IMG/VR virus record: IMGVR_UViG_3300033141_000963
Span: 1 to 56,703 of that record
Direction: 5' to 3' (one strand)
Length of the DNA stretch: 56,703 nt
Source of the DNA: a virus
Lineage: Duplodnaviria > Caudoviricetes
The translations under genes and the position numbers were made by a program. How positions within the stretch are numbered: position 1 is the first letter of the stretch; the number at the start of each line of letters is the position of its first letter. Shown in pieces: positions 9,910 to 21,200 of the stretch. The notes below the pieces were generated by a model. It saw only the letters and a list, made by a program, of their open reading frames with translations. It did not search any database and had not been told where the DNA came from.

Positions 9910-10541
9910 TGACTATCGAAGCATCTATTCAACTACTTAATTTTGACAGTCAATTTGATAAGAATGTCAAGAAAGAAATAAATAAAAAGATAGCCTCGGT
10001 TATGTCTGCGGCTACTAAAGCAATAAAGAAAAAATTAGAAGTAGAGTTATACAACGCAATTGAATCATCGCAAACTTGGCAAGCTGTCAAGGGCGGTGTT
10101 TTGCGTGGTGAGCTTGGTATACAAAATGTCTCATCTATAGATAATATTCTAAATACTTGGGCAGAAGGTATACAAGTTACATATGAAAGAAACACAGAGT
10201 TTGGGATTATAAAGATAGGTATGATACGTTCAGATTATTCTGACGTTCTTTCTTTACCCCAATCTTCTTTTCCGTATGTTAGCAGTAGAAGTAGTGGCAT
10301 CATTGAGTGGTTACGTTGGTTGCTTCTCGAAAGCACTCAAACGATTGTCTCTGGTTATACTTTTAACCCTCGGAACTCAGGAAGGACTGGATTGGGAATC
10401 ATGGTTAAGACGGGAGGTGGCTGGTCGGTTCCTCCGCAATATGCGGGATCAGCTACAGATAACTTTGCAACTAGATCTTTGGCAGATATAGAAAAAGTCA
10501 TAGATAGGGTTGTGAAAGAAGAAGTGAGTAGGAGATTCTAA
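9909..10541 (+). CDS. Putative neck/tail component (HK97 gp10-like position), 210 aa from ATG 9909
   Basis: TAATG coupling at 9907-9911 favours this start over 9885; between closure and tail-completion genes. Confidence 0.45.
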   Translation: MTIEASIQLLNFDSQFDKNVKKEINKKIASVMSAATKAIKKKLEVELYNAIESSQTWQAVKGGVLRGELGIQNVSSIDNILNTWAEGIQVTYERNTEFGIIKIGMIRSDYSDVLSLPQSSFPYVSSRSSGIIEWLRWLLLESTQTIVSGYTFNPRNSGRTGLGIMVKTGGGWSVPPQYAGSATDNFATRSLADIEKVIDRVVKEEVSRRF

Positions 10542-10542
10542 A

Positions 10543-11499
10543 ATGGCTAATGCTGATTATACAAAATTAAATAAGCACGTTACTCAGATAGGAAAGACGT
10601 TATTAACGTCCCAACTTGAGAGTAATTTAAAAACTTATTTCGATTGGGGACTTCTTGGCGTTGGTAGTTTTAGTAATGTCTCAATACCGACTTCAGGTGC
10701 ATATGGTGGTACGTTCGACAAACTGCGACTTGTTGATGATCCCTCATATACTCTTGGGCAGGTATGGGAAGGGCCAAGAAAGGACTGGGTTTGGGAAACA
10801 GGAGTTGATTACGATACCCAACCCAATGTTTTAACAGGTGTTTATGTAAATGGTACATTCTATGGGACTGGCGATGCCACTTATGGTCATCATTACAACT
10901 ACCCCCTCGGTAGGGTTGTATTTGATAATGCAGTAACAGAAAACAGTACCGTCCAAGTAGACTATGCCTATAGAAATGTTCAAGTCTATATTGCGGATCA
11001 AGCCCCTTGGTGGGATGAATTGCAATACGACTCATTTAGAGTGGACGATCCTACACTTTATGATGTTGGCTCTGGTAATTGGCAAATACTTGCTAATAAC
11101 AGGGTTCAGCTTCCAGCGGTTGTGATTGAGGCTGTTCCAAGAAGAACACTTCAGCCTTATGAATTAGGAACCGTTGGAAATTGGGTGTATCAGGATGTGC
11201 TATTTCACATATTATCCGAATCTAGGTGGTGGAGAAATCAACTTATTGATGTAATATCTCTAGAAAAAGATAGAACAATATGGTTATATGATAACAACAC
11301 TGTTGCGAGTGCCACTGGCTATCCTTTGGATTATAGAGGCATGAGGAGCAGTCAAGCGATAATGTACCCAGAGTTAGTCGAAAGCTACAGGTACAAAATG
11401 GCCCGTTACTACAACATGGTCGTTACAGAAATGTCTTCTCCTAATAGTAGATTTCATAGAGGAACTGTAAGAGCTACTTTTGAAGTGGTAATGGCATAA
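10543..11499 (+). CDS. Putative tail completion/terminator protein (318 aa)
   Basis: QLPAVVIE motif typical of tail terminators; immediately upstream of the tail tube gene. Confidence 0.5.
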   Translation: MANADYTKLNKHVTQIGKTLLTSQLESNLKTYFDWGLLGVGSFSNVSIPTSGAYGGTFDKLRLVDDPSYTLGQVWEGPRKDWVWETGVDYDTQPNVLTGVYVNGTFYGTGDATYGHHYNYPLGRVVFDNAVTENSTVQVDYAYRNVQVYIADQAPWWDELQYDSFRVDDPTLYDVGSGNWQILANNRVQLPAVVIEAVPRRTLQPYELGTVGNWVYQDVLFHILSESRWWRNQLIDVISLEKDRTIWLYDNNTVASATGYPLDYRGMRSSQAIMYPELVESYRYKMARYYNMVVTEMSSPNSRFHRGTVRATFEVVMA

Positions 11500-11575
11500 T
11501 TTAATATAAATGGTGTATTCTCTTTTAGAAAAAAGGTAATATACATACTTTTTCAATTTCAGGAGAAGAATAAAA

Positions 11576-12739
11576 ATGGCTAATAATAGAATTTACTACC
11601 CAATTCAACAGGTAGCTTTTCGTAAGCCGGGAAGCGTTGGTTCTGCTGATGCGGTAGAGGCACATGGTGTCCAGTCCGTAGCAATTACGACAACCTTCAA
11701 CCTAGAACAAGCATTTGAACTAGGTCAGCTTGCGATTTATGAAAATATCGAAGGTGTTCCAGATGTTGAAGTAAGTCTAAGTAAGGTCTTAGATGGGTAT
11801 CCGACACTTTTCTGTCTTGCAACTGCTACCGATGCGGAAGGTGGAAACCTTTCCGGTCCACAGCTTGCAAAGCGTGCTCCAGCAGAGACTCTCGTTCAGT
11901 TGGGAATCTTTGGTGAAGATCTAGAGTCATCTAGTGGAGTTGCTAAGCAGTATGTTGAAATGTCTGGATTGACAGTTTCTTCCGTTGCTTATAACTTCCC
12001 ACTTGAAGACAATTTCTCAGAAGATGTAACACTTGCTGGGAATAATAAGGTTTGGGGAGCATATAATAATGAAGACGTTCTTGGTGTTACTTGTAACTCA
12101 CCTTTTGTGAGAACAGGTATTGACGGTCAGTTTACTGGCAATAATGATGCACCTATTGGCTCTGGTGGTGTTAATCGTCGTGAAAACATGATTTTCGCAA
12201 CCACTACAGCACAAGCAGCGGACGCAGATTATACAAGACTTCCGGGCGATATCTTTGGTGTTAGTGATGGTGGTGTTAAGTCTGGTCTTGTACGTGTTAG
12301 CTCAATGACAGTTTCGACTGACTTGGCTCGTGAAGATTTGTTTGAGCTTGGTGCTAGAACACCATACGCAAAAACAGTTACATTCCCAGTTGAAGTTACA
12401 TGTGATATCGAAGTTACTTCGGTTTCTGGTGACTTGGTTAATGCAATTGATGATTGTGGAAATGAAACTCAGTGCGTAAGTCCAAACAACTTGAAAGACA
12501 GAAAGATTCGTATCGCAACATGCGAAGGAACTAGAATTTACCTCGGTGAAAAGAATAAACTTTCTTCGGTTTCATACGGAGGGGGTGATGCTGGTGGAGG
12601 AAACGTAACAGTTACTTACTCCTATCAGACATTTAATGATTTTACAGTCCTTCACTCTGGTGATGATTTCAACTCACTAGGTCAAACTTGGTGGGCTGCT
12701 AGATCCGGCTACATGGGTGCTGATACTCAAGGTCAATAA
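11576..12739 (+). CDS. Major tail tube protein (387 aa)
   Basis: SD AGGAG; duplicated tube-like motifs (GVQSVAITTTFNLEQAFELGQ / SSMTVSTDLAREDLFELGA); followed by terminator; canonical position before chaperones and tape measure. Confidence 0.7.
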   Translation: MANNRIYYPIQQVAFRKPGSVGSADAVEAHGVQSVAITTTFNLEQAFELGQLAIYENIEGVPDVEVSLSKVLDGYPTLFCLATATDAEGGNLSGPQLAKRAPAETLVQLGIFGEDLESSSGVAKQYVEMSGLTVSSVAYNFPLEDNFSEDVTLAGNNKVWGAYNNEDVLGVTCNSPFVRTGIDGQFTGNNDAPIGSGGVNRRENMIFATTTAQAADADYTRLPGDIFGVSDGGVKSGLVRVSSMTVSTDLAREDLFELGARTPYAKTVTFPVEVTCDIEVTSVSGDLVNAIDDCGNETQCVSPNNLKDRKIRIATCEGTRIYLGEKNKLSSVSYGGGDAGGGNVTVTYSYQTFNDFTVLHSGDDFNSLGQTWWAARSGYMGADTQGQ

Positions 12740-12761
12740 AAGCTGGTATGCTTTATTATCT

Positions 12762-12801
12762 GGCTTGGGGGTTTTACGACCCCCTTGCCTTTTATTTTTT
12801 T
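12762..12801 (+). terminator. Intrinsic terminator after tail tube gene
   Basis: GGC-TT-GGGGGTT-TTAC-GACCCCC-TT-GCC followed by TTTTATTTTTTT. Confidence 0.8.
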
Positions 12802-12817
12802 CAGGATTTTAGGATAA

Positions 12818-13873
12818 ATGGAAGAAAACATTAGAAAATCTGTCCTTAATAGGATAGACACAGGAATAACATTTCTAAATATAAAGAATTCTCTTTATTC
12901 TATGCATATGCCCACAAAGGAACAAAGGGCTATCTCTGAGCTTGTATATCGCGAAACGATAGAAGATTCCAAGTATAGTGAATTAATAACAAGAGCACAA
13001 GCAAAGCATTATCTCGCTATGAAGGGTATCTGGAACGCTAATAACGATACTGAATTAGAGAAACTAAATAAGTATCTAGAAGATTTAAAAATACAATTAT
13101 ATGAATCTATTTTTAATGATAAAAAGAAAAAGCAATTAAGAAGACAGATAAAGAATGTCAAGAGCAGCGTAAATAAGAATCTCTGCAAAAAATATTCTTT
13201 AGATCATGTAACCCTTGAAAATCATGCTGAAACAACAAGAGATGAGTTTTTAGTAGCAATAACTATTAAAGACAGTGAAGGCAAGCAGGTATACTCTTAT
13301 GATAAATGGTCAGAGACAGACAATCTAATTTTACAACGATTCCTGAACTTCATACTTGCTAATACTTTATCCACAGAGGATTTTAGAGAACTCGCAAGAA
13401 CAGAACCATTTAGGAGTAAGTGGTCGTTACATAAAAGCAATACATTTGGTACAACTGAAAATTCTCCTGAACAGCTTACCCTAATGATGTATGCTAGAAT
13501 GTATGATAATGTATATGAGCATCCTGAAAAGCCGGGGGATGATATTATCAATGATGATGATATGCTAGACGGTTGGTTTGCTAAACAAAGACGAGAGGCA
13601 GAGCAGGCAAGGAAGAAAAAAGAAATTGACGACATACTTGGAAACAAGGGGGTCAATAAAGATGGTGGTGGTGAAATGTTTGTTGTTGCAAACAGTGCTG
13701 CCGAGGCTGCAAAAATTCGAGGTGTAAACGATATTGCATCTAGAATGAAGATGAAACAAAGACAGGCTGCTATCGACAAAACAGGTAAAATAGAAGAACA
13801 AAACCTTCCAGATGTTAAGATGGACTTAAAGGCAGAAGCCATGAAGCAAATGGCTGATCGCTTCAAAAAGTAA
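12818..13873 (+). CDS. Putative tail assembly chaperone-like protein (351 aa)
   Basis: Charged helical protein between tube and tape measure genes; motif YDNVYEHPEKP...I.DDD.LDGW. Confidence 0.45.
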   Translation: MEENIRKSVLNRIDTGITFLNIKNSLYSMHMPTKEQRAISELVYRETIEDSKYSELITRAQAKHYLAMKGIWNANNDTELEKLNKYLEDLKIQLYESIFNDKKKKQLRRQIKNVKSSVNKNLCKKYSLDHVTLENHAETTRDEFLVAITIKDSEGKQVYSYDKWSETDNLILQRFLNFILANTLSTEDFRELARTEPFRSKWSLHKSNTFGTTENSPEQLTLMMYARMYDNVYEHPEKPGDDIINDDDMLDGWFAKQRREAEQARKKKEIDDILGNKGVNKDGGGEMFVVANSAAEAAKIRGVNDIASRMKMKQRQAAIDKTGKIEEQNLPDVKMDLKAEAMKQMADRFKK

Positions 13874-13887
13874 AGGAAATAATAAAA

Positions 13888-14202
13888 ATGAGCGAAGAAA
13901 AAAAGTACAACGAATTTTCAAAGAAGAGATTGTTGAATAATCTTGAGAAAAAATTCAATACAACAATAATTGGATCTTTAGCTGTATTCGAGGAAGAGTT
14001 TGGTCATCTTTGGGGTCATGGACTTCCAAGCGATCAACTCACAGAAGAACAGAAAGATTTGAAAAAGTTGTGGAAGAGGGCTAGGGTTAAGATACTTGAT
14101 AATGGCGGGTCCAATTTGAGGGCGGCACAAAGTGAACTAGCACAATATAGTTTTCATTGGAATCGTTATGTTACACATTTTAATTTAGGTAATAGGGAAT
14201 AA
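13888..14202 (+). CDS. Hypothetical helical protein in tail-chaperone position (104 aa)
   Basis: SD AAGGA; conserved-looking FEEEFGHLWG and R.KILDNG motifs. Confidence 0.6.
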   Translation: MSEEKKYNEFSKKRLLNNLEKKFNTTIIGSLAVFEEEFGHLWGHGLPSDQLTEEQKDLKKLWKRARVKILDNGGSNLRAAQSELAQYSFHWNRYVTHFNLGNRE

Positions 14203-14215
14203 ACAGGAGAATATT

Positions 14216-15127
14216 ATGCCAAAGGTAGAGAAATTAGAAGATCGTAGAGTTTTTGAAGTAGCTGGTGAAAAGTACGCAGTTAGACGACCCACCATGCAGG
14301 AGCTTACTAAAGCTAACGAGATGAGAAGAAAAACCTTTAATGAGGAGCTTGCTGCTGGTACTATGCTAAGGGATCAGCTAGATGAAGAACTAAGAAAAAG
14401 GAAATTATGGTCTGATGATAGAGAAGCTAGATATCAGCTATTGAGGCAAGAGGTTGTAGACGGGGAATATTCGCTTGCAAAGGGTGGAATCAGTCTAAGT
14501 CAGGCAAAAGAAATCGCAATTGATATGCGTAGAAAAAGAGCAGAAATGGTACAAATGCTTTCTTCTCGTACAGATTTAGATGCAAATACCTGCGAAGGCA
14601 AGGCCGATTCTGTTAGGTTCAACTTCCTTTTTGCTAACTGTTTGGTGTATAATGATACAGATGAACCATTTTTCAAAAATGGGCTTGGTGATTATTTACT
14701 AAAGCAGGAACATCCAGTATCCATAGTAGGTGCTACAGAGTTCTTTTATCTGATTTCAGAGTCAGATGATGTGGACGCAAGGTTGCCAGAAAACAAATTT
14801 CTGAAAAAGTACAAGTTTGCAAACGAAGAGTACAACCTTGTTGACGCAGATGGGAAACTCGTTGATACCGAAGGGAAACATATCGACGCAGATGGAAATT
14901 ATATTAAGTGGACATCTGATACAGACTATGTTTTAGTCGATGCAAGCGGTAGAGAACTCGATGCAGAAGGTGAATTTAAAGTCGAATTTGCTGGGTTCTT
15001 GGATGACAGCGGTAAAAAAATTGATGAATCATTATACTCTGAAGATGCAACACCAGAGAATGAAGAGTCAAAACCAAAGCCCAAAAGACGGACACGTAAA
15101 AAGACCGAGGCTTCAGCAGAGGCTTAA
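14216..15127 (+). CDS. Putative tail assembly chaperone-like protein (303 aa)
   Basis: SD AGGAG; N-terminal YAVRRPT; short LVDADG-type repeats; basic C-terminal tail; directly upstream of tape measure. Confidence 0.5.
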   Translation: MPKVEKLEDRRVFEVAGEKYAVRRPTMQELTKANEMRRKTFNEELAAGTMLRDQLDEELRKRKLWSDDREARYQLLRQEVVDGEYSLAKGGISLSQAKEIAIDMRRKRAEMVQMLSSRTDLDANTCEGKADSVRFNFLFANCLVYNDTDEPFFKNGLGDYLLKQEHPVSIVGATEFFYLISESDDVDARLPENKFLKKYKFANEEYNLVDADGKLVDTEGKHIDADGNYIKWTSDTDYVLVDASGRELDAEGEFKVEFAGFLDDSGKKIDESLYSEDATPENEESKPKPKRRTRKKTEASAEA

Positions 15128-15145
15128 AGTCATTAACATTTGGAT

Positions 15146-15192
15146 AAGCGACCTTAAACTTGAAGACATACTTTCAAGAGGGGTCGCTTTTT
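15146..15192 (+). terminator. Long imperfect stem-loop with U-tract upstream of tape measure gene
   Basis: AAGCGACCT (15146-15154) pairs with GGGTCGCTT (15181-15189); inner CTTGAA/TTCAAG stem; T-run at 3' end. Confidence 0.55.
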
Positions 15193-15211
15193 GCTTATAA
15201 GGTAATATCAA

Positions 15212-18200
15212 ATGGCATTTAATATAAACGCAGCAGTAGTTCTTAGTGGCCCAAAGAACATTGGTAAAGTTAGTAGTAGCATTAAAAAGCAGCTATCTGG
15301 CATAAATGTTCCTGTAAATATAAAACTTGACAAAAACACCGCAAGGGGTATAAGATCTGTCAACACCCAATTACAGGGACTCAACACTACTTTATCAACG
15401 CTACAGAAAAACGCAGCTACCACAGCTTCTTCTTTCAGATCTCTTGCTAATTCCACCAAGTCAATTCAGAGTGGTGCGAAAGCAGTAAGCTCTGCCACAT
15501 CCAATGTAAATAAGTCATTGGGGCAAACAGCCAAGGCTGCAAATGTTGCTGGTGGTGCTTTACAAAACTTTGGTAAAGATGCTGCTCTTGCTGCACGTAG
15601 ATTTGCTGCGTTTAGTGTTGCCACTGGTGTTATATTTGGTTTTACTAGAGCCGTTGGTACTGCCACAAAAGAAGCAATTCAATTTGAACGTGAACTTGCT
15701 AAGATTACTCAGGTTACTGGCAAAGCAGGTAAAGATCTTGATGGCCTTAGAAAGACTGTTGACTCCTTGGCTACTGGTTTGGGGCTTGGTGCTAATGAGC
15801 TTTTAGGTGTTGGCCGTACATTTGCACAAACTGGTCAATCACTAAATCAAATCGAAAAATCATTAAAGGCTGTTGCTAAAGCATCTCTTGCACCTACTTT
15901 CGGTGATATTCAGAAAACAACAGAAGGTGCTATTGCTGCTCTTAGTCAGTTCAAGCTAGAGGCAGATGCACTAGAGGGTGTTCTTGGATCTTTGAATCAA
16001 GTATCTAAAAGATTCGCTGTTGAATCTGACGACTTGATCTCTGTTATTCGTCGTGCTGGTGGTGTGTTTGCTGCATCATCGCAACAGCTTGGTGCTCCAG
16101 AAGAAAGACTTCGTGAGCTTATTGGTATCTTCACCGCTGTTAGATCTACAACTCGTGAATCTGCTGATACAATTGCTACTGGTTTGAGAACTATCTTTAC
16201 TCGTATCCAAAGACCTCAAACAATTGAATTCCTGAAGCAATTCGGAGTTCAGTTAAGAGCAACTAAGGATGATGCAAAGGCACTTGGTGTTGCAGAAGGA
16301 GACTTTATTGGTATTTTTGAAGCCCTTAAAAGAATATCTAAAGCATCAAAGGGTCTTGATACTCTGCAAACTGCTAGGTTGGTTGAAGAACTTGGTGGTG
16401 TTCGTCAGGTAGGTAAATTGATTCCTGCTTTGCAGAACTTTGAAAAAGCAGAAAAGGCTGTTCAGGTCGCACTCAAGGGTAGAGGTAGTATTGCAAAAGA
16501 TGTTGGAATTGCGACACGAACACTTTCTGTTCAGATAGAGCAGCTACAGCAACGATTCGGAAAACTTATTCGTGATATTGCCGACTCGTCTACATTCCAG
16601 AATTTAGCTAGATTTGCTATACAAACAGCAAACGCATTTATTACTCTTGCTGATGCTTTAAGGCCAATTCTTCCTGCACTCACAGCCATTGCTGCTGTAA
16701 AAATCGGTGCTGGTGCTATCGGATTCGGAAGAGGTTTTCTTGGGGGTCTTTCCAAAGGTGGAGGAGCAACTGGAGTAGGTTCTGGTCTTGCTAGTGTAGC
16801 AACAGGTGGCGGCAGTGCCCAACAAACAGCGACACAAAAACAAGCTGCATCTGCTGCTTCTAAAAATACTACTGCTTTAAATTCTAATACATCTGCATTA
16901 AAGACATTAAATACATCTATCAGCAACCTACAGAGATCTTCTCAAACATTAAACACAAGTGCTGGTAAACTAACAACTCAAGCCTCAACCCTTAATGCTA
17001 CTTTAACAAGGCTTCCTGCTCAGATTGCCGCTTCGACTCGTGGTGGTGGTGCTATACCCATTGGTGGAGGAAGAGGCAGGAGGCGTGCTGCTGGTGGTAA
17101 AATCCCTAAGTTTAAAAAAGGCGGCTTTGTTGAAGGTGCTTCTCATGCTCAGGGCGGTGTTGTTGCTGAACTTGAGGGTGGTGAGCTTGTTGTTCCAAAG
17201 GAACAGGCAAAGAGACTTGCTGTTGGTGGTTTGGCGAAGGCTGCTTCTAAAAGAGCGTCTTCTGGTAGAGGATTAGGTAAAACTGAAGATTTATTCAAAC
17301 CATCTAGTGCTGGCGGTCTTGGCATCGAACTTACTGCTGGCTTTGGTAAATTCTTAGGTAAAAATTTGCCGGGAACAGGTGGTAAAACAAATAGATTCGC
17401 TAACTTGCCACCAGCAGAGCAAAAAAGATTAGCAACCGAATATAGAAAAAGCAAAAGAGGACAAGGAACTTCTGGTGTTGCGGCAAGCAACGCTGGAGCT
17501 AAGAATGTAAGATTAAATCTTTTACCAAATAAATTTGCTGGACTTTTCTTGACTGGTACTGAAAGTCGAGGTACTGGTACTGGTGCTGGTATTGCTCCTT
17601 CTGCAAAAGTACAAGCTGCACTTGTTGCAAAAGCCAAAAAATCGGGTTTTCCAAAAGCAGAAAGAGTTACTCTATCAGGACCAGTTTCTCAATTTGTTTC
17701 TGATAAGAATGAAAGAAGATCTGGTATAGATAAAGAAACCGCAGAGGCAGCAGAAGAGGCATTTAATTCAGCCACCAAAAAAGCACTTACCTCAGAAAAG
17801 TTAGATATTGGTAATGGAACGCCATTTAAGGTTTCTGACACTGCCATTGCTAATGCTGTAAAACCTTTGTTCCAAAAAGATGGTTTAAAAACTAATAGTG
17901 CCCAAGCAACCATTCAAGGATATCTTCTTGAGGGTATTATCGGCGTTATGGGTAAAATCCAACCACAAAGTTCAGAAGCAAACTTTGATTTTCGTTTTGA
18001 TAAGGGCAAGAATGTAAGTTTTGAAGGGCTTGCAGACTTCTTCGGGCAGCAGGCGAATTTATTTAGACCGTTACGTGCTGGCGATGCTAAAAGACAAGCT
18101 AGTGCAAAAAGTGTTACTTCTATCTTTAATAAAAGTGCTAAATTATTATCTTCTGAACCTATCGGTGATTCTGCATCATTTGTAGCAGCTAGAAACGGAA

Positions 18201-21200
18201 AAATGATTCCGGGAGATGGAATGACTCCTGTTGCTGTTTCAAATGGCGAGGGCGTTATAGCACCCAATGTAGCAAAAGGAAATCTTGCAGATCTAGAGAA
18301 AGCAAGAAAAGGTGATGCGGAGGCTATTTCTCGCGTTGCCAATCTTCCTATATCAAAAATTAAAGGAATAGGTACTGGAACATCTGATAGTATCAAAGGT
18401 GAGCTTCCTGCAAACAGCTTTGTTCTTCCTGCACGATCCATGAAAAAAATGCGAGAGCAGAAACTTAATGTTGGCGGTGTTGTAAGAGGAGTTGGTTCCG
18501 CAGTTAAAAAAGACCCAACTACTGCTTTGTTCTTGGGCCTTGAAGCATCTTTGCTTGCAACCTCTAAGTCATCAGAAGAATTTAAATCTAACTTGGTTAA
18601 TGCTGGACTTACCTTGGCTTTCTTTGGGCCACAACTAAAAGAATTTGCAGCTAATATTAAAAATGCTTCTAATGAATTATCAAAGAGTGCTGGAGCACAA
18701 GCGTCTGCACCTACTAAAAAAGCCCGCAAAGTAACTGCTAATCTTGATGATATTAGACGTGGAAATGCTATAGTAAAGGCTGGAAGCGTTAATCCCAGAC
18801 TTAATGCAGCCACTAATACACAACTCAGTAGCTCAAGCAAAGCTCTTGCTAATGTTGCAAATGATAAGACTGCAAAATCAAATGCACTTGCTGCTAAAGC
18901 AAATAAAGCAACAGCAAATGCAATTACAGAAGTTGAAAAAACAAAAAAATTAACTAGTCAAAGAAATGCTTCTTTAAAAAAATTACAAGGCTCAGAGAAA
19001 AAATTATCAAGCCTGAAAGAGACACAGGCTCGCCAAATTAAAATTGTGCAACAGGCGGAAGCAAAAGTTGCAACCCTAGAGGCAAAAAAAGCTAATCTAA
19101 TACAAACACAAAATAAGATAATCGCTGACCAATCTGCAAAGACAGCAAGATTAAATCAGATTGTCGGTGACAAAGACCCTAGAGCGTTACAGAACCAAAA
19201 AGATCTAAAATTTGCAAAAGAACAACTCAAGGAAGCCCAAGGCGTAAACGCTAGAGGTGGCACTAAAGGTGGACAGAAGTTTGCTCAGGGTCAAATAAAA
19301 ACACTCCAAGCAAATGTTACCAATCTAGAGAGACAAGGGGCAGCAATACAAAAGAGTTTGGCTAACGAGGCAAACGTATTAGCTAGACAAACTGGCGGTG
19401 GAGCACAAAAAGGTCTAGCAAATATCGGCAGCAAAATTTCTTCACTTGATAAAGACATTAAGGGTCTTAATGCCGGTGCTCGTGCCCTTAAAGGAAGCGT
19501 TTTAGACTTAGACACCCAAATTGCAAAACAAGGAAAAATTGTTGCAGACAATACTAAAGCTGCCAAAACTTCACAAGCTGCATTAAAGAGACAAACGCAA
19601 GTTGCCCAAAAAGCAGTTGCAAATCAGCGAACAGCACGTACCGCTGCTACAGCCGCTCGTGGTGTTGCACAAGCAGCAAGAGGAAGACTTGCAGACTTTA
19701 ATACTCTTGCAAAAGCGGAGCAAGGCAGAAGAGCATTATCATCCGGTACTAGGGCTGCAAGAATTGCTGGCAAGGATGGTTTGTCAAGAGCAGCTAGATT
19801 TGAACGTGCTAGAAGTATTAGAGAAGCTAGATTTGCTAGAGTAAATCCGGGAGCTAAAAATCCATTTGCAAAAGGTAGATTTGGATTTAAAGGTTTTCAG
19901 TTGGGTAATTTTGGGATTGCTGGTCGTGCTGGTGGTACTGGTCTTGCAGGACTTGGTGCAAAAGCTGGAACTGTTGCCAAGGCTGGTCTTGGTGGTCCGG
20001 GCGGTATCGCTGCATTACTTGCTAGTTTGTTTGGTGATGCAGTAGTAAATACTGGTACTGAGGCTATTGTTGGAAAACAAAAAACTGTTGCTGGTGCTAA
20101 AGGGTTTAGTCAAGAACAAGGCGGAAGAAGAACTGCCCAAATTACTGGTGGGTTGAAAGGTGGTATTAGCGGTGCTGCACTTGGTGCTAGTATCGGTTTA
20201 TCGACTGGGCCACTTGCTCCGATTTTAGCACCTGTATTTGCTGCTGTTGGTGCTTTGGTTGGAACGGTTGATGGAGTTCTAAGCGGATTAAAAGGTCAGC
20301 TTGAATTTGAAACATTAGAAAAAGCAGAAAATGCTGGGCTAAAGTTAGGAACTGCATTAGATACATTGTCAGAAAAAGGCTTTAAAAATGTTGAAGCTCT
20401 AGATGCTGTTACCGATGCTTCAAATGGTCTGGTTTCTCAGGTGGTTGCAACAAGTTCAAGACTAAATGCCCTAACCTTTAGTGGAAGACAAGAAGGACTT
20501 GCCGTAGCAGGAGGTACTAATATTGCTGGCGGTGCTGTTCAGGCATTTGCTAATTTTTCAGATAACCTGAGTGTTGGTTTCAATTTGCTTGGAAAAGTTA
20601 TATCTCAAGAAACCGGAACGGGCATAGAAGGCTTTTCAAATAGCATCGGAGGTCTTATAGATCAGGCTTTATTGGCAGATCAGACATTATCTGAAAGTTC
20701 AAATGGTCTTGTAAGTTTCTTTGGTTCTATTCGCAAAGGTACGGCAGAACTTCTTGGGTTTGATGTTGAGGGCAGAGCTAACGCCGCTCGACAAAAGGTT
20801 GTTGGTGCTGGTCAGCTTATAAATGCAGAAAATTTCCAAAGATCATTAATTGCAATACCACAAGAAGCACTAGAAAAAGCAAGCATAACATTCCAAGGGC
20901 TTGGTCCAGCTATTGCTAATAGTATTAGTATTGATGACGTTGCAGAAATAGCCGGTCAAGGTTCTGGAAGTTTTGATGACTTACTTGAATCGTTGAAGGC
21001 AGCAGGAGATGGGTCAGAAGAATTCAAAGCTCAGTTGGCAGCACTTAAAGGTCTTGCTGGTGTTGAAGCACTAAAACAAGCCAAAGATTTGTCAGGAGTT
21101 TTTTCTGAAATAGCTGCTGCTGGGAAAGATAGTGGTCGCGAAGGACTTCTAAAAACATTATTTGCTATCGGAGAAAATTCTGCACAAGCATTTGCACAAG

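Noticed and set aside
17914-18840. 308-aa antisense ORF and other short ORFs nested in the tape measure and fibre genes
   Set aside because: Shadow frames of Ala/Gly-rich coding sequence; no recognisable motifs or operon context.
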